A stretch of DNA of 64,000 bases from Syntrophomonadales bacterium (GTDB taxonomy: Bacteria > Bacillota > Syntrophomonadia > Syntrophomonadales > DTU052), in assembly GCA_050951725.1 (NCBI GenBank), contig JBMNJO010000024.1, forward strand, positions 320,613 to 384,612, written 5' to 3'. Made by a program: the position numbers and the translations under genes. The notes under the pieces are model-generated. The model was not told the origin of the DNA. It worked only from the letters and a program-made list of their open reading frames with translations, and did no database searches. Positions 44,874 through 53,609 of the stretch are shown piece by piece. Within the stretch, counting starts at the first letter, position 1. The number at the start of each line of letters is the position of its first letter.

Positions 44874-47444
44874 ATGGGAGAGGATGATACAAGTACCATG
44901 GAACCAAATATAATGAACTACATCAATGTGGCATCCGTCGGATTGGTTCTTTTCCTCTTGACCTTCCTGGCCTGCTACATTGGACGGCAGTACCGGACCG
45001 TGGTCAAGGCTGTATTTGGTGGAATAGCCAGTCTGTCCGTGTTGCTGCTGACGCCAGCAGTGGCGTTTGCCGGTGAGGCAGATCTCGTACTACCGGTCTT
45101 ATCGCAAGACCAGAACACACTGCTTTACTACGGTATTGGAGTTTGTGTACTGGGGATGCTGTTTGGCGTGTACCAATTCGTACAGGTTAAGCAAAATGTT
45201 GCCCATCAGTCTATGCTTGATGTGGCACAAACCATCTATGAAACCTGTAAGACCTACCTAATTCAACAAGGGAAACTCCTGGCTATATTGTTTGCCTTTA
45301 TCGGTGTGTGTGTCGCTTTCTACTTTGGGTTCCTTTCGCAGATGCCGATGGGTTCGGTGTTATTCATCCTGATGTGGACCGTTATAGGTATCCTCGGTTC
45401 CTACAGTGTTGCCTGGTATGGAATCCGCATGAATACCCTGGCCAACAGCAGGGTGGCATTTACCGCTTTGGAGAGAAAACCTCTTAAGCTTTTGAACATT
45501 GCTCTGGACGCTGGAATGAGCATCGGGATGGTTCTCGTATGTGTTGAGCTCATCATGATGCTGATTATCCTCTTGTTTGTTCCTCGTGAACTGGCAGGAG
45601 CAAGCTTTATTGGATTCGCTATCGGTGAATCTCTTGGCGCAAGTGCCCTGCGTATTGCCGGTGGTATTTTCACCAAGATCGCTGATATCGGGTCTGACCT
45701 GATGAAAATCGTCTTTGGCATTAAAGAAGACGATCCCAGAAACCCCGGGGTTATTGCCGACTGTACCGGTGACAACGCTGGTGACAGTGTAGGACCGACT
45801 GCGGATGGTTTCGAGACTTATGGTGTTACTGGTGTTGCAGTTGTTACCTTTATCGTACTGGCGGTAGGAAATGCTCTCCCGGCCGCAGACCAGATTGCAC
45901 TGCAGACCAGCTTGCTCACCTGGGTATTCGTAATGCGTGTTTTGATGGTTGTTGCTTCTTTCGTAGCTTTCTATATCAACCGGGCGGTTAGCCAGAGCAG
46001 ATTTGGCCAATCAGATGATTTCGATTTCGAGCAGCCTTTGACCAGTCTGGTTTGGATTACCTCTATCCTGGCGATTGCCGGAACATTTGTAGCCAGCTAT
46101 TTTATGTTGGGACCGACATCTTCGGCACCGGCAGAACTGCAGGCTATTTGGGCGGTACTGGCAGCCATCATCAGCTTTGGTACTCTGGGTGCAGCCTTGA
46201 TACCGGAAGCTACCAAAATCTTTACCAGCCCGAACTCAACCCACGTAGCCGAGGTTGTTAAAGCATCTCGCGAAGGTGGGCCTTCACTTAACATTCTGTC
46301 AGGTCTGGTTGCAGGTAACTTCAGTGGATTCTGGATTGGCCTGATATTTATCGGCCTTATGTTTGGTGCTTACTATGCAAGTACATTTGGACTGGAAGCC
46401 ATCATGATCTATCCTTCCATCTTCGCATTTGGTCTGGTGGCCTTTGGTATGCTGGGTATGGGACCTGTTACCATTGCGGTTGACAGTTACGGCCCGGTTA
46501 CCGACAATGCCCAGTCGATTTACGAACTTTCTTTGATTGAAGAAATCGATGGCATTGAAAAAGAGATCGAAAAGGATTTCAAATTCAAGCCTGATTTCGA
46601 CAAAGCGAAATACTATCTGGAAGCTCAGGACGGAGCTGGTAACACCTTTAAAGCAACTGCCAAGCCGGTCTTGATTGGTACCGCGGTTGTTGGTGCAACC
46701 ACCATGATATTCTCGCTGATCCTGGTTATTCAGAAGGTTTTGGAGGTACAGCCAGAAGCTATCCTGAACCTGCTTAACCCGTACACGCTGCTGGGCTTTA
46801 TCGCCGGTGGTGCAGTAATCTACTGGTTTACCGGTGCATCAACCCAGGCGGTTACCACTGGTGCCTATAGAGCTGTTCAGTTCATCAAAAACAATATCGA
46901 CCTTGGCGAAGCGGCCAGTGTTAAAGCTAACACCGCAAACTCCGTAGAGGTTGTTAAGATCTGTACGCAGTATGCTCAAAGCGGGATGTTCAATATATTC
47001 CTGGCGCTGTTCTCCTTCGCTTTGGCATTTGCATGCCTGTCGGCTCCGAGTGGCGGGAACAACGATGCGGTTTCCTTCTTTGTAGCATACTTGATTGCCA
47101 TAGCCATAGTCGGTCTGTTCCAGGCAGTATTCATGGCTAATGCTGGTGGTGCATGGGACAATGCTAAGAAGGTTGTTGAAGTGGATATGCAGGAAAAAGG
47201 TACTCCGCTTCACGAGGCCACTGTTGTTGGTGACACCGTTGGTGACCCGTTCAAGGATACCTCTTCAGTTGCCTTGAACCCGATTATCAAGTTCACCACG
47301 CTGTTTGGCCTGCTGGCTATGGAAATTGCTATTTCCCCGACTTTCCGGGATATAGCACCGACAGTCGGACTGGTATTCCTGGCGATTGCTCTGTTCTTCG
47401 TATATCGTTCCTTCTTCGGAATGAGAATACCAGACGAACTCTAG
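44874..47444 (+). CDS. hppA: Membrane-integral pyrophosphatase (M-PPase), long and divergent. Start uncertain
   Basis: 856-aa polytopic ORF with family motifs EDDPRNPGVIAD, GDNAGD, DSYGPVTDNAQ, GGAWDNAKK and VGDTVGDPFKDTSSVALNPIIKF. Confidence 0.9.
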   Translation: MGEDDTSTMEPNIMNYINVASVGLVLFLLTFLACYIGRQYRTVVKAVFGGIASLSVLLLTPAVAFAGEADLVLPVLSQDQNTLLYYGIGVCVLGMLFGVYQFVQVKQNVAHQSMLDVAQTIYETCKTYLIQQGKLLAILFAFIGVCVAFYFGFLSQMPMGSVLFILMWTVIGILGSYSVAWYGIRMNTLANSRVAFTALERKPLKLLNIALDAGMSIGMVLVCVELIMMLIILLFVPRELAGASFIGFAIGESLGASALRIAGGIFTKIADIGSDLMKIVFGIKEDDPRNPGVIADCTGDNAGDSVGPTADGFETYGVTGVAVVTFIVLAVGNALPAADQIALQTSLLTWVFVMRVLMVVASFVAFYINRAVSQSRFGQSDDFDFEQPLTSLVWITSILAIAGTFVASYFMLGPTSSAPAELQAIWAVLAAIISFGTLGAALIPEATKIFTSPNSTHVAEVVKASREGGPSLNILSGLVAGNFSGFWIGLIFIGLMFGAYYASTFGLEAIMIYPSIFAFGLVAFGMLGMGPVTIAVDSYGPVTDNAQSIYELSLIEEIDGIEKEIEKDFKFKPDFDKAKYYLEAQDGAGNTFKATAKPVLIGTAVVGATTMIFSLILVIQKVLEVQPEAILNLLNPYTLLGFIAGGAVIYWFTGASTQAVTTGAYRAVQFIKNNIDLGEAASVKANTANSVEVVKICTQYAQSGMFNIFLALFSFALAFACLSAPSGGNNDAVSFFVAYLIAIAIVGLFQAVFMANAGGAWDNAKKVVEVDMQEKGTPLHEATVVGDTVGDPFKDTSSVALNPIIKFTTLFGLLAMEIAISPTFRDIAPTVGLVFLAIALFFVYRSFFGMRIPDEL

Positions 47445-47472
47445 TAGAGACTAACCTAAAATATAATATGGT

Positions 47473-47512
47473 TCATGAGGCCCCCGTTTTTCAAAGCGTG
47501 GGGTCTTTCTTT
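47473..47512 (+). terminator. Probable terminator after hppA
   Basis: GGCCCC...GGGGTC hairpin followed by TTTCTTTTT. Confidence 0.5.
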
Positions 47513-47661
47513 TTCCGATGAAGTTTGCTCGGGTGCCGTTCCGGTAGAAGTCGCTGGAGATTAGCAGTGATTAGTGCTTGCTAATGTAGTAGAATCTGAA
47601 TAGCGAGTTGTTATACTTCTAGTGAAAGCCACCACCAATAACTTATGTTTGGGGAGATTCT

Positions 47662-48420
47662 ATGCTTGATATAGATCCACGGGCCATGCCGTTGGAATTG
47701 ATTGGCGACGGCGCAAATTGTATTCTCATTCATGGCTTAACTGCCTCACCCTCAGAAATGAGACTCCTGGGCGAACTTCTTCACCAACGGGGTTATTCGG
47801 TTCATGCACCATTATTGCCCGGTCATGGGAGAACTCCTAAACATCTGAATCAGACTCGTTGGACGGAATGGTACCAGGAGGTCGAGGCCCTGGCCAAAAA
47901 ACTTCTGCAACAGCCAGTCCCGCTGGTGGTGATCGGGCTGTCGATGGGAGCATTGCTGTCGTTGGAACTGGGGGCACGGGTGGATGGAATAAGGGGGATA
48001 GTATGCATTAACCCTCCATTAATACTTCGTGACTGGAAGAGCAAATGGGCACGAATCGTGAGGGTATTCCGCCATTATATACCGAAGTATATCGGTGATG
48101 AAGACCGGGAAATGGAGAACCGGGGACGGTTTGCATATGATTGTATACCATTACAAGCCTTCATTAGCATGCAGTCTCTGGTCAAAGTGGTTATCAAAAA
48201 GCTGGAGCATATTGATATCCCGGTGCTGGTGGTGGAGGGGGCCAAGGATGAGCTGGTAGATCCCCGGAGTTACAGCGTTCTGGCACACAGGTTACCACCA
48301 GGCAGGATGCGACACCTGTACCTGACGAGGTCGCCGCACGTTGCTACCATGGGGGACGAGCTGGAGTTGTTAGGAAATGAAATTGACGGGTTTATCAAGG
48401 GAATGCTTAATGGAATATAA
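47662..48420 (+). CDS. est: Alpha/beta-hydrolase carboxylesterase (Est/YvaK-like)
   Basis: 252-aa ORF with nucleophile elbow GLSMGA. Conserved Firmicutes position between secG and rnr. Confidence 0.8.
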   Translation: MLDIDPRAMPLELIGDGANCILIHGLTASPSEMRLLGELLHQRGYSVHAPLLPGHGRTPKHLNQTRWTEWYQEVEALAKKLLQQPVPLVVIGLSMGALLSLELGARVDGIRGIVCINPPLILRDWKSKWARIVRVFRHYIPKYIGDEDREMENRGRFAYDCIPLQAFISMQSLVKVVIKKLEHIDIPVLVVEGAKDELVDPRSYSVLAHRLPPGRMRHLYLTRSPHVATMGDELELLGNEIDGFIKGMLNGI

Positions 48421-48599
48421 CAAGCGAAAATCTTGATTGTGTACACCATCACCGGTAAACGGTCAATTGTTTATATTACCGGCCCCCCGGGCAAAATTAT
48501 ATACTAGGAAGGCCGGGCTTAAAAAAGAGCCCATGCGGTAAAATCTTAGTTGAAAGAGAATCAGTTATAGGATCTACAATCGATCAGGAAGGTGAATGA

Positions 48600-50756
48600 A
48601 TGATATCAACCAGGGAAAGTATCCTGAAATACATGAAACAGGACTCCTATCGTCCCCTCAATTATCAGGAACTCTTAGCGGCCCTGGAAGTCGAGGATGA
48701 GGCCGAATTCTCGGCATTACTAGGGCGCATGGAGAAGGATGGGGATATTGTAGTAACCCGTAAACACAAGTATGGAGTTCCGGAGAGAATGAACCTGGTG
48801 CGAGGGGCGCTGCAGGTAAATGCAAAGGGGTTTGCCTTTCTATTACCTGATGACCCCAATCAGCCAGATGTATTCATATATGGCCGCGACCTAAACGGCG
48901 CTATGCACAGGGACCGGGTCATGGTAAGAGTCAACCAGCGCCAGCACCACCCGGGGCAGAAGCCGGAAGGTGAGGTAATCAGAGCGATTAACCGCGCCAA
49001 TCAGGAAGTGGTAGGCACTTTTAAGAAGGGGAAAGCCATATCTCAGGTGATTCCTGATGATCCCCGGTTATTGTACCCGATAAACACCCGCAAAAGTACG
49101 AAGATCAAAGTAACAGAAGGACAGAAGGTACTGGTGAAGATAACTGCCTGGCCTGACCGGGATAAATTTGCCGAGGGAAAGATCGTGGAAGTACTGGGCA
49201 ACAAGGGAGAGCCAGGTGTAGACATAAAGTGCATTGTAAAGAAATATGGCCTCAGCGAATTCTTCCCTAAAAAGGTGGAAAAGGCGGCCCAGGCTATACC
49301 AATGGCGGTGCTTCCAGAAGAGATTGAAGGACGTCGCGACCTGCGAAACCTCGACATGGTAACCATAGATGGTGACGATGCCAAAGACCTGGATGATGCC
49401 GTCAGCATTACCCGCTTGGATAACGGGTACCGCCTGGGAGTTCATATCGCGGATGTGTCTCATTATGTGAAGGAAGGCAGTGTTATTGACAAGGAAGCCT
49501 ACCACCGGGGAACCAGTGTTTACCTGGTCGACCGGGTGATACCCATGCTGCCCCAGAGTCTTTCCAATGGCATTTGCAGCCTCAACGCCGGAGAAGACCG
49601 CCTGGCAATGACTGTAATGATGGATATAGATCCCGAAGGAGACATTATAGACTACGAGATCTTTAAGTCGGTTATCCGGGTCAATGAGCGCATGACATAC
49701 AACAATGTCAACCGAATCCTTAAGGATCAGGAACCAGGCTTGATGGAGCGCTACCGTGACTACATTGATATGTTTACAACCATGCGGGAACTGGCGGATA
49801 TCCTGCGGAAGCGCAAGTCTAACCGGGGTTCTCTGGATTTTGAGTTTCCCGAAACCAAGGTTATATTGGACGAACAAGGACTTCCAGTTGCTATCGAGAA
49901 GCGAAACCAGGATGTCGCCGAGTCGATAATCGAGGAGTTCATGATTCGAGCCAACGAGGTGGTGGCAAGTCACTGCAATGAGATGCAGCTGCCCACTCTC
50001 TACCGGGTACACGAGAAACCAGAAAATGAGGATTTGGACAATGTTGTTCGCATTCTGGCCCTCTTTAACCGTAGACTCAATAAAAAGAAGATTACACCGG
50101 AGGTACTCCAGCAGGTTCTAAACGACGTAAAAGGAAAGCCTGAGCAGCGGATAGTATCCACCATGATTCTCCGCTCCCTGAAACATGCCCGGTATTCGCC
50201 AATCCCCCTGGGACATTATGGCCTGGCATCACCCTATTACCTGCACTTTACCGCACCGATTCGGCGGTACCCTGACCTGCTGGTTCACCGGGTCCTGACC
50301 CACATGCTGGAAAAGGGATCGGTGTCCGGAAAAAAGAAGGCCCAATGGGAGAGTCTGATGCCTCCGGCGGGCGAACAGTGTACCTCGCGGGAAATGCAGG
50401 CTGAGGAAGCTGAACGCGAATCCGTAGATATCAAGGCAGCCCAGTACATGAAGCAGTTTGTCGGTGAGACGTTCCCGGCAGTGATTTCATCGATAACCGC
50501 CTTTGGTTTCTTCGTAGAACTGGAAAATACAATAGAGGGATTGGTTCATATATCATCGTTGGTTGATGATTACTATGTTTTTGATGACCAGCAATTGATT
50601 CTGGTGGGTAACCACACCAAGAAAGTGTACCGGATTGGTGATGAGGTCGAAGTGGAATTGGTCAAGGTAAATGTAGAGGAGGCCAAACTGGACTTCGAAC
50701 TGACTGAACACCTACCCAGGAATGGTGCGAGACAGCGCAAGAAATACCATAGTTGA
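48600..50756 (+). CDS. rnr: Ribonuclease R
   Basis: 718-aa ORF with an RNB domain (TIDGDDAKDLDDAVS...HFTAPIRRYPDLLVHR) and a C-terminal S1 domain. Confidence 0.96.
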   Translation: MISTRESILKYMKQDSYRPLNYQELLAALEVEDEAEFSALLGRMEKDGDIVVTRKHKYGVPERMNLVRGALQVNAKGFAFLLPDDPNQPDVFIYGRDLNGAMHRDRVMVRVNQRQHHPGQKPEGEVIRAINRANQEVVGTFKKGKAISQVIPDDPRLLYPINTRKSTKIKVTEGQKVLVKITAWPDRDKFAEGKIVEVLGNKGEPGVDIKCIVKKYGLSEFFPKKVEKAAQAIPMAVLPEEIEGRRDLRNLDMVTIDGDDAKDLDDAVSITRLDNGYRLGVHIADVSHYVKEGSVIDKEAYHRGTSVYLVDRVIPMLPQSLSNGICSLNAGEDRLAMTVMMDIDPEGDIIDYEIFKSVIRVNERMTYNNVNRILKDQEPGLMERYRDYIDMFTTMRELADILRKRKSNRGSLDFEFPETKVILDEQGLPVAIEKRNQDVAESIIEEFMIRANEVVASHCNEMQLPTLYRVHEKPENEDLDNVVRILALFNRRLNKKKITPEVLQQVLNDVKGKPEQRIVSTMILRSLKHARYSPIPLGHYGLASPYYLHFTAPIRRYPDLLVHRVLTHMLEKGSVSGKKKAQWESLMPPAGEQCTSREMQAEEAERESVDIKAAQYMKQFVGETFPAVISSITAFGFFVELENTIEGLVHISSLVDDYYVFDDQQLILVGNHTKKVYRIGDEVEVELVKVNVEEAKLDFELTEHLPRNGARQRKKYHS

Positions 50757-50773
50757 ACCGGTATTTGCAGTCC

Positions 50774-50802
50774 TTGACCAAGTATACTTCACGTTATATA
50801 AT
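50774..50802 (+). promoter_or_regulatory. Sigma-A type promoter for smpB-ssrA
   Basis: TTGACC (50774-50779), 17-nt spacer, TATAAT (50797-50802). Confidence 0.65.
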
Positions 50803-50888
50803 GGTAGTCGAAGACAGCAGACATCAAACCCTGGCTACAGGTGGATCTTTACCATCGGGGCGAGGGTTTATTTTTCGGGGTGAACCGG

Positions 50889-51356
50889 ATGAAGGAGAAA
50901 AACGTCAAAGTAGTAGTTGAAAACCGTAAGGCCCGACATGAGTATCATATTGATGATACCCTGGAAGCCGGATTGGTCCTGCAGGGGACCGAGGTCAAAT
51001 CCTTAAGGGCCGGCAAGGCCAACCTCCAGGACGCCTATGGTGAGATTAAGGACGGGGAAGCCTGGGTCATAAACTTTCATATCAGTCCTTATGAGCAAGG
51101 CAACCGTTTCAATCACGAGCCGAAGCGGCCCAAAAAACTACTGCTTCAACGCCGGGAAATAAACCGGCTTTACGGTCTGACGCAACAGAAAGGTTACACC
51201 CTGATTCCACTAAGAGTCTACTTTAAAAATGGCCTGGCCAAAATAATTATTGGTGTGGCAAGGGGTAAAAAGCTACATGACAAACGCCAGGACATCGCCG
51301 AACGAGACGCCAAACGCGATATTGATCGCATTGTTAAAGAAAGAGCATATAAATAA
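50889..51356 (+). CDS. smpB: SsrA-binding protein SmpB
   Basis: ORF 50841..51356. ATG at 50889 gives MKEKNVKVVVENRKARHEYHI. The C-terminal basic tail is typical of SmpB. Confidence 0.95.
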   Translation: MKEKNVKVVVENRKARHEYHIDDTLEAGLVLQGTEVKSLRAGKANLQDAYGEIKDGEAWVINFHISPYEQGNRFNHEPKRPKKLLLQRREINRLYGLTQQKGYTLIPLRVYFKNGLAKIIIGVARGKKLHDKRQDIAERDAKRDIDRIVKERAYK

Positions 51357-51708
51357 GGGGGCGTAATGGTTTCGACGGGGGAAAAGGTGGAAAGAGCAGC
51401 GAGCCGAGTTGGTGCCAGCTCGTTAAAAAGGTACAAAAAAAAATAACTGCAAACGATAATTACGCACTAGCGGCTTAATGCCGCTCGTCCGGCCAGGATT
51501 CCTAACGGCCTGGTGCAGGGCGTCAATTAGTTAGGGTACCCTGAAAGCTCTTCTCTCTGGGGGCTTTTAAGGGGAAATTTACAGGGATAGCTTGAGGGAA
51601 GCCTGTTCGTGGGCGTCCGGATAGCGAAATCCAAAACACGGACTGCGCTCGGAGATACTGTTTCTGTCGTTCTTTCGGACGGGGGTTCGACTCCCCCCGC
51701 CTCCACCA
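51357..51708 (+). ncRNA. ssrA: tmRNA (SsrA), tag reading frame 51449-51478 encoding ANDNYALAA
   Basis: 5' GGGGGCGTAATGGTTTCGACGGGGG and 3' GGACGGGGGTTCGACTCCCCCCGCCTCCACCA form the tRNA-like domain. Internal ORF GCA AAC GAT AAT TAC GCA CTA GCG GCT TAA. Confidence 0.93.
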
Positions 51709-51717
51709 GATAATCTA

Positions 51718-51759
51718 CCATCTATTGATAAAAAGAATTTTATCTGTAGGTGGTTTTTA
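51718..51759 (+). terminator. Rho-independent terminator of ssrA
   Basis: CCATCTATTGATAAAA-AGAA-TTTTATCTGTAGGTGG (one mismatch, two G-U pairs) followed by TTTTT. Confidence 0.75.
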
Positions 51760-51971
51760 TATTGCCTGAAAGGCCTGTTTTTAAGCCGTTCATGCGTTTT
51801 GCAGAGCGGCTTTCTCGATTTTTGGTGGGTTATTCTCTTTTGATAAGAGGAAATCCTTCCACTTATTGTCATCGCGCCAGGAGGTAATCGTTGAACTTTA
51901 GCAGGGTGTGTGCAAAGGGGGTGTGCATTTTCCAGAGGGGTGTGCAAACAGTCAAGCCCGGTCATTGGAAA

Positions 51972-52005
51972 AGAAAAAGCCTACAAAGCCGAAGCCCTGT
52001 ACGCT
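51972..52005 (-). terminator. Terminator downstream of the recombinase operon
   Basis: Minus strand: AGCGTACAGGGC-TTCG-GCTTTGTAGGCT followed by TTTTT. T-runs are present on both sides, so it may act bidirectionally. Confidence 0.65.
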
Positions 52006-52031
52006 TTTTGAGGATTCCTTTAAAGCACCTA

Positions 52032-53609
52032 TCATACTTCCGTGCCATCTTTAAAGCGAAAGTGCAACTTGCCGTCCTTGGTGACAGTGACTGTATCGAC
52101 TGCTACCGCCCAAAGTCGCTCGTCAAACTCCTCGACCACGGACGGGCCGCTTTCCAGTTCGCGGATGAAGGTTCCAAGTGATAAGCTTTTAGCCTGCCGC
52201 TCTCGCTTCATTTCTTCTAATTGGTTGAAACGTTCCGTTGCTATACGGTGGCGTTCCCAATAGCGGTTGTTGCGTTCATTAAACTCGTCCTGGTTTTGGG
52301 CGATACGGGCGTTCTCATAAACGGCCTTTCGCAACAATTCAGCTACCACATCGATTTCCCGCTGGAGTCCTTTTAGTTCAGCATCAATCTCTGTGCAGTT
52401 GCATAAGACTTCTTGGGCAAGGCGGCAGTTGGCGAGTATTTCATCGCGGTTGCCAATCAGCATGTTAAATGCCGTCAGAAATCGTTGCTTTATATCATCT
52501 TCAGTAACGTGCGGTGTTTGGCATGGTTTATCCCAGTTATATTTGTTATTGCACCGCCATACCGTGCGCCGATACTTGGTGTTGGAACCCCAAACCTTGG
52601 AGCCGTAAAAACCGCCGCAGTCACCGCAAACGATTTTAGCTGAAAATGGGCTATGGCAACTGACTGGCCTACCGAGTTTTTTACGCCGTTCCATTTCAAG
52701 CTGCACCGCATCAAATTCGTCTGGCTCAATAATGGCAGGATGGCTATTCTGCACATAGTATTGAGGAACCTCACCCTCGTTGACTTTGGTGGTTTTAGTG
52801 AGAAAATCTACCGTGAAGCTTTTTTGCAGCAGAGCGTCACCCTTGTATTTCTCGTTAGTCAGAATGCTTATTACTGTCGCCACTTGCCAGGTTTTTTTCC
52901 CGGCTGGAGATGGGAGACCCAGATTGCCAAGGTGCTTGGCGATGGCTGAAGGCGTTTTGCCCTCAAGAAACATTCTGTAAATCAGCCGCACTGTTTCCGC
53001 TTCCTTTTCAACAATTTTAGGTAAGCCATCTTCCCCCTTTTCGTAGCCAAGGAAATGACGATAAGGCATGCTTACTTTCCCATCAGCCATACGTTTGCGT
53101 TGGCCCCAGGTTACATTTTCAGAAATTGAACGGCTTTCTTCCTGTGCCAAGCTGGACATAATGGTGATCAAAAGCTCACCCTTACTGTCCAGCGTGTAAA
53201 TGTTCTCCTTCTCGAAATAAACCTCAACGCCTTTTTCTTTTAGCTGGCGAACCGTAACCAGAGAATCAACTGTATTTCTCGCAAAGCGGCTGACTGATTT
53301 GGTAACAATCAGATCGATTTTTCCGTCCAGTGCATCGGCGACCATCTGCTTAAATCCATCGCGCTTTTTGGTATTGGTGGCGCTGATACCTTCATCGGTG
53401 TAGATTCCGGCAAATATCCAATCAGCACGTTCGTTGATGTACTTGGTGTAGTAGTCTACCTGGGCTTCGTAGCTGGTAAGCTGTTCCTCAGAATCTGTTG
53501 AAACGCGGGCATATGCAGCTACTCTTTTTCTTGTGGCCACACCAGTCGTTTCCTGCACAAAGCGGTTTATGGTTGGTGGTATGACAGTAACGGATCGAGC
53601 TGGTTTCAC
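52032..53609 (-). CDS. Large serine recombinase, distal copy
   Basis: ORF 52032..53702. GTG at 53609 follows AGGGGAG and overlaps the upstream stop as GTGA. Resolvase catalytic domain (AAYARVSTDSEEQ...SRFARN), recombinase domain, Cys-rich zinc ribbon, C-terminal coiled coil. Confidence 0.9.
   Translation of the reverse strand: MKPARSVTVIPPTINRFVQETTGVATRKRVAAYARVSTDSEEQLTSYEAQVDYYTKYINERADWIFAGIYTDEGISATNTKKRDGFKQMVADALDGKIDLIVTKSVSRFARNTVDSLVTVRQLKEKGVEVYFEKENIYTLDSKGELLITIMSSLAQEESRSISENVTWGQRKRMADGKVSMPYRHFLGYEKGEDGLPKIVEKEAETVRLIYRMFLEGKTPSAIAKHLGNLGLPSPAGKKTWQVATVISILTNEKYKGDALLQKSFTVDFLTKTTKVNEGEVPQYYVQNSHPAIIEPDEFDAVQLEMERRKKLGRPVSCHSPFSAKIVCGDCGGFYGSKVWGSNTKYRRTVWRCNNKYNWDKPCQTPHVTEDDIKQRFLTAFNMLIGNRDEILANCRLAQEVLCNCTEIDAELKGLQREIDVVAELLRKAVYENARIAQNQDEFNERNNRYWERHRIATERFNQLEEMKRERQAKSLSLGTFIRELESGPSVVEEFDERLWAVAVDTVTVTKDGKLHFRFKDGTEV

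Noticed and set aside
51660-51708. Searched for a duplicated tmRNA 3' end (att direct repeat) elsewhere in the window
   Set aside because: No second copy of the GGTTCGACTCCCCCCGCCTCCACCA segment was seen by eye between 51709 and 64000. The island boundary therefore cannot be set this way.
51891-52181. 96-aa plus-strand ORF with a strong AGGAGGT RBS and TTG start at the island edge
   Set aside because: It runs antisense through the recombinase terminator and the 3' end of the recombinase gene. Its N-terminus (RVCAKGVCIFQRGVQ) is just the translation of the GGGGTGTGCA repeats. I kept it only as a remote possibility.
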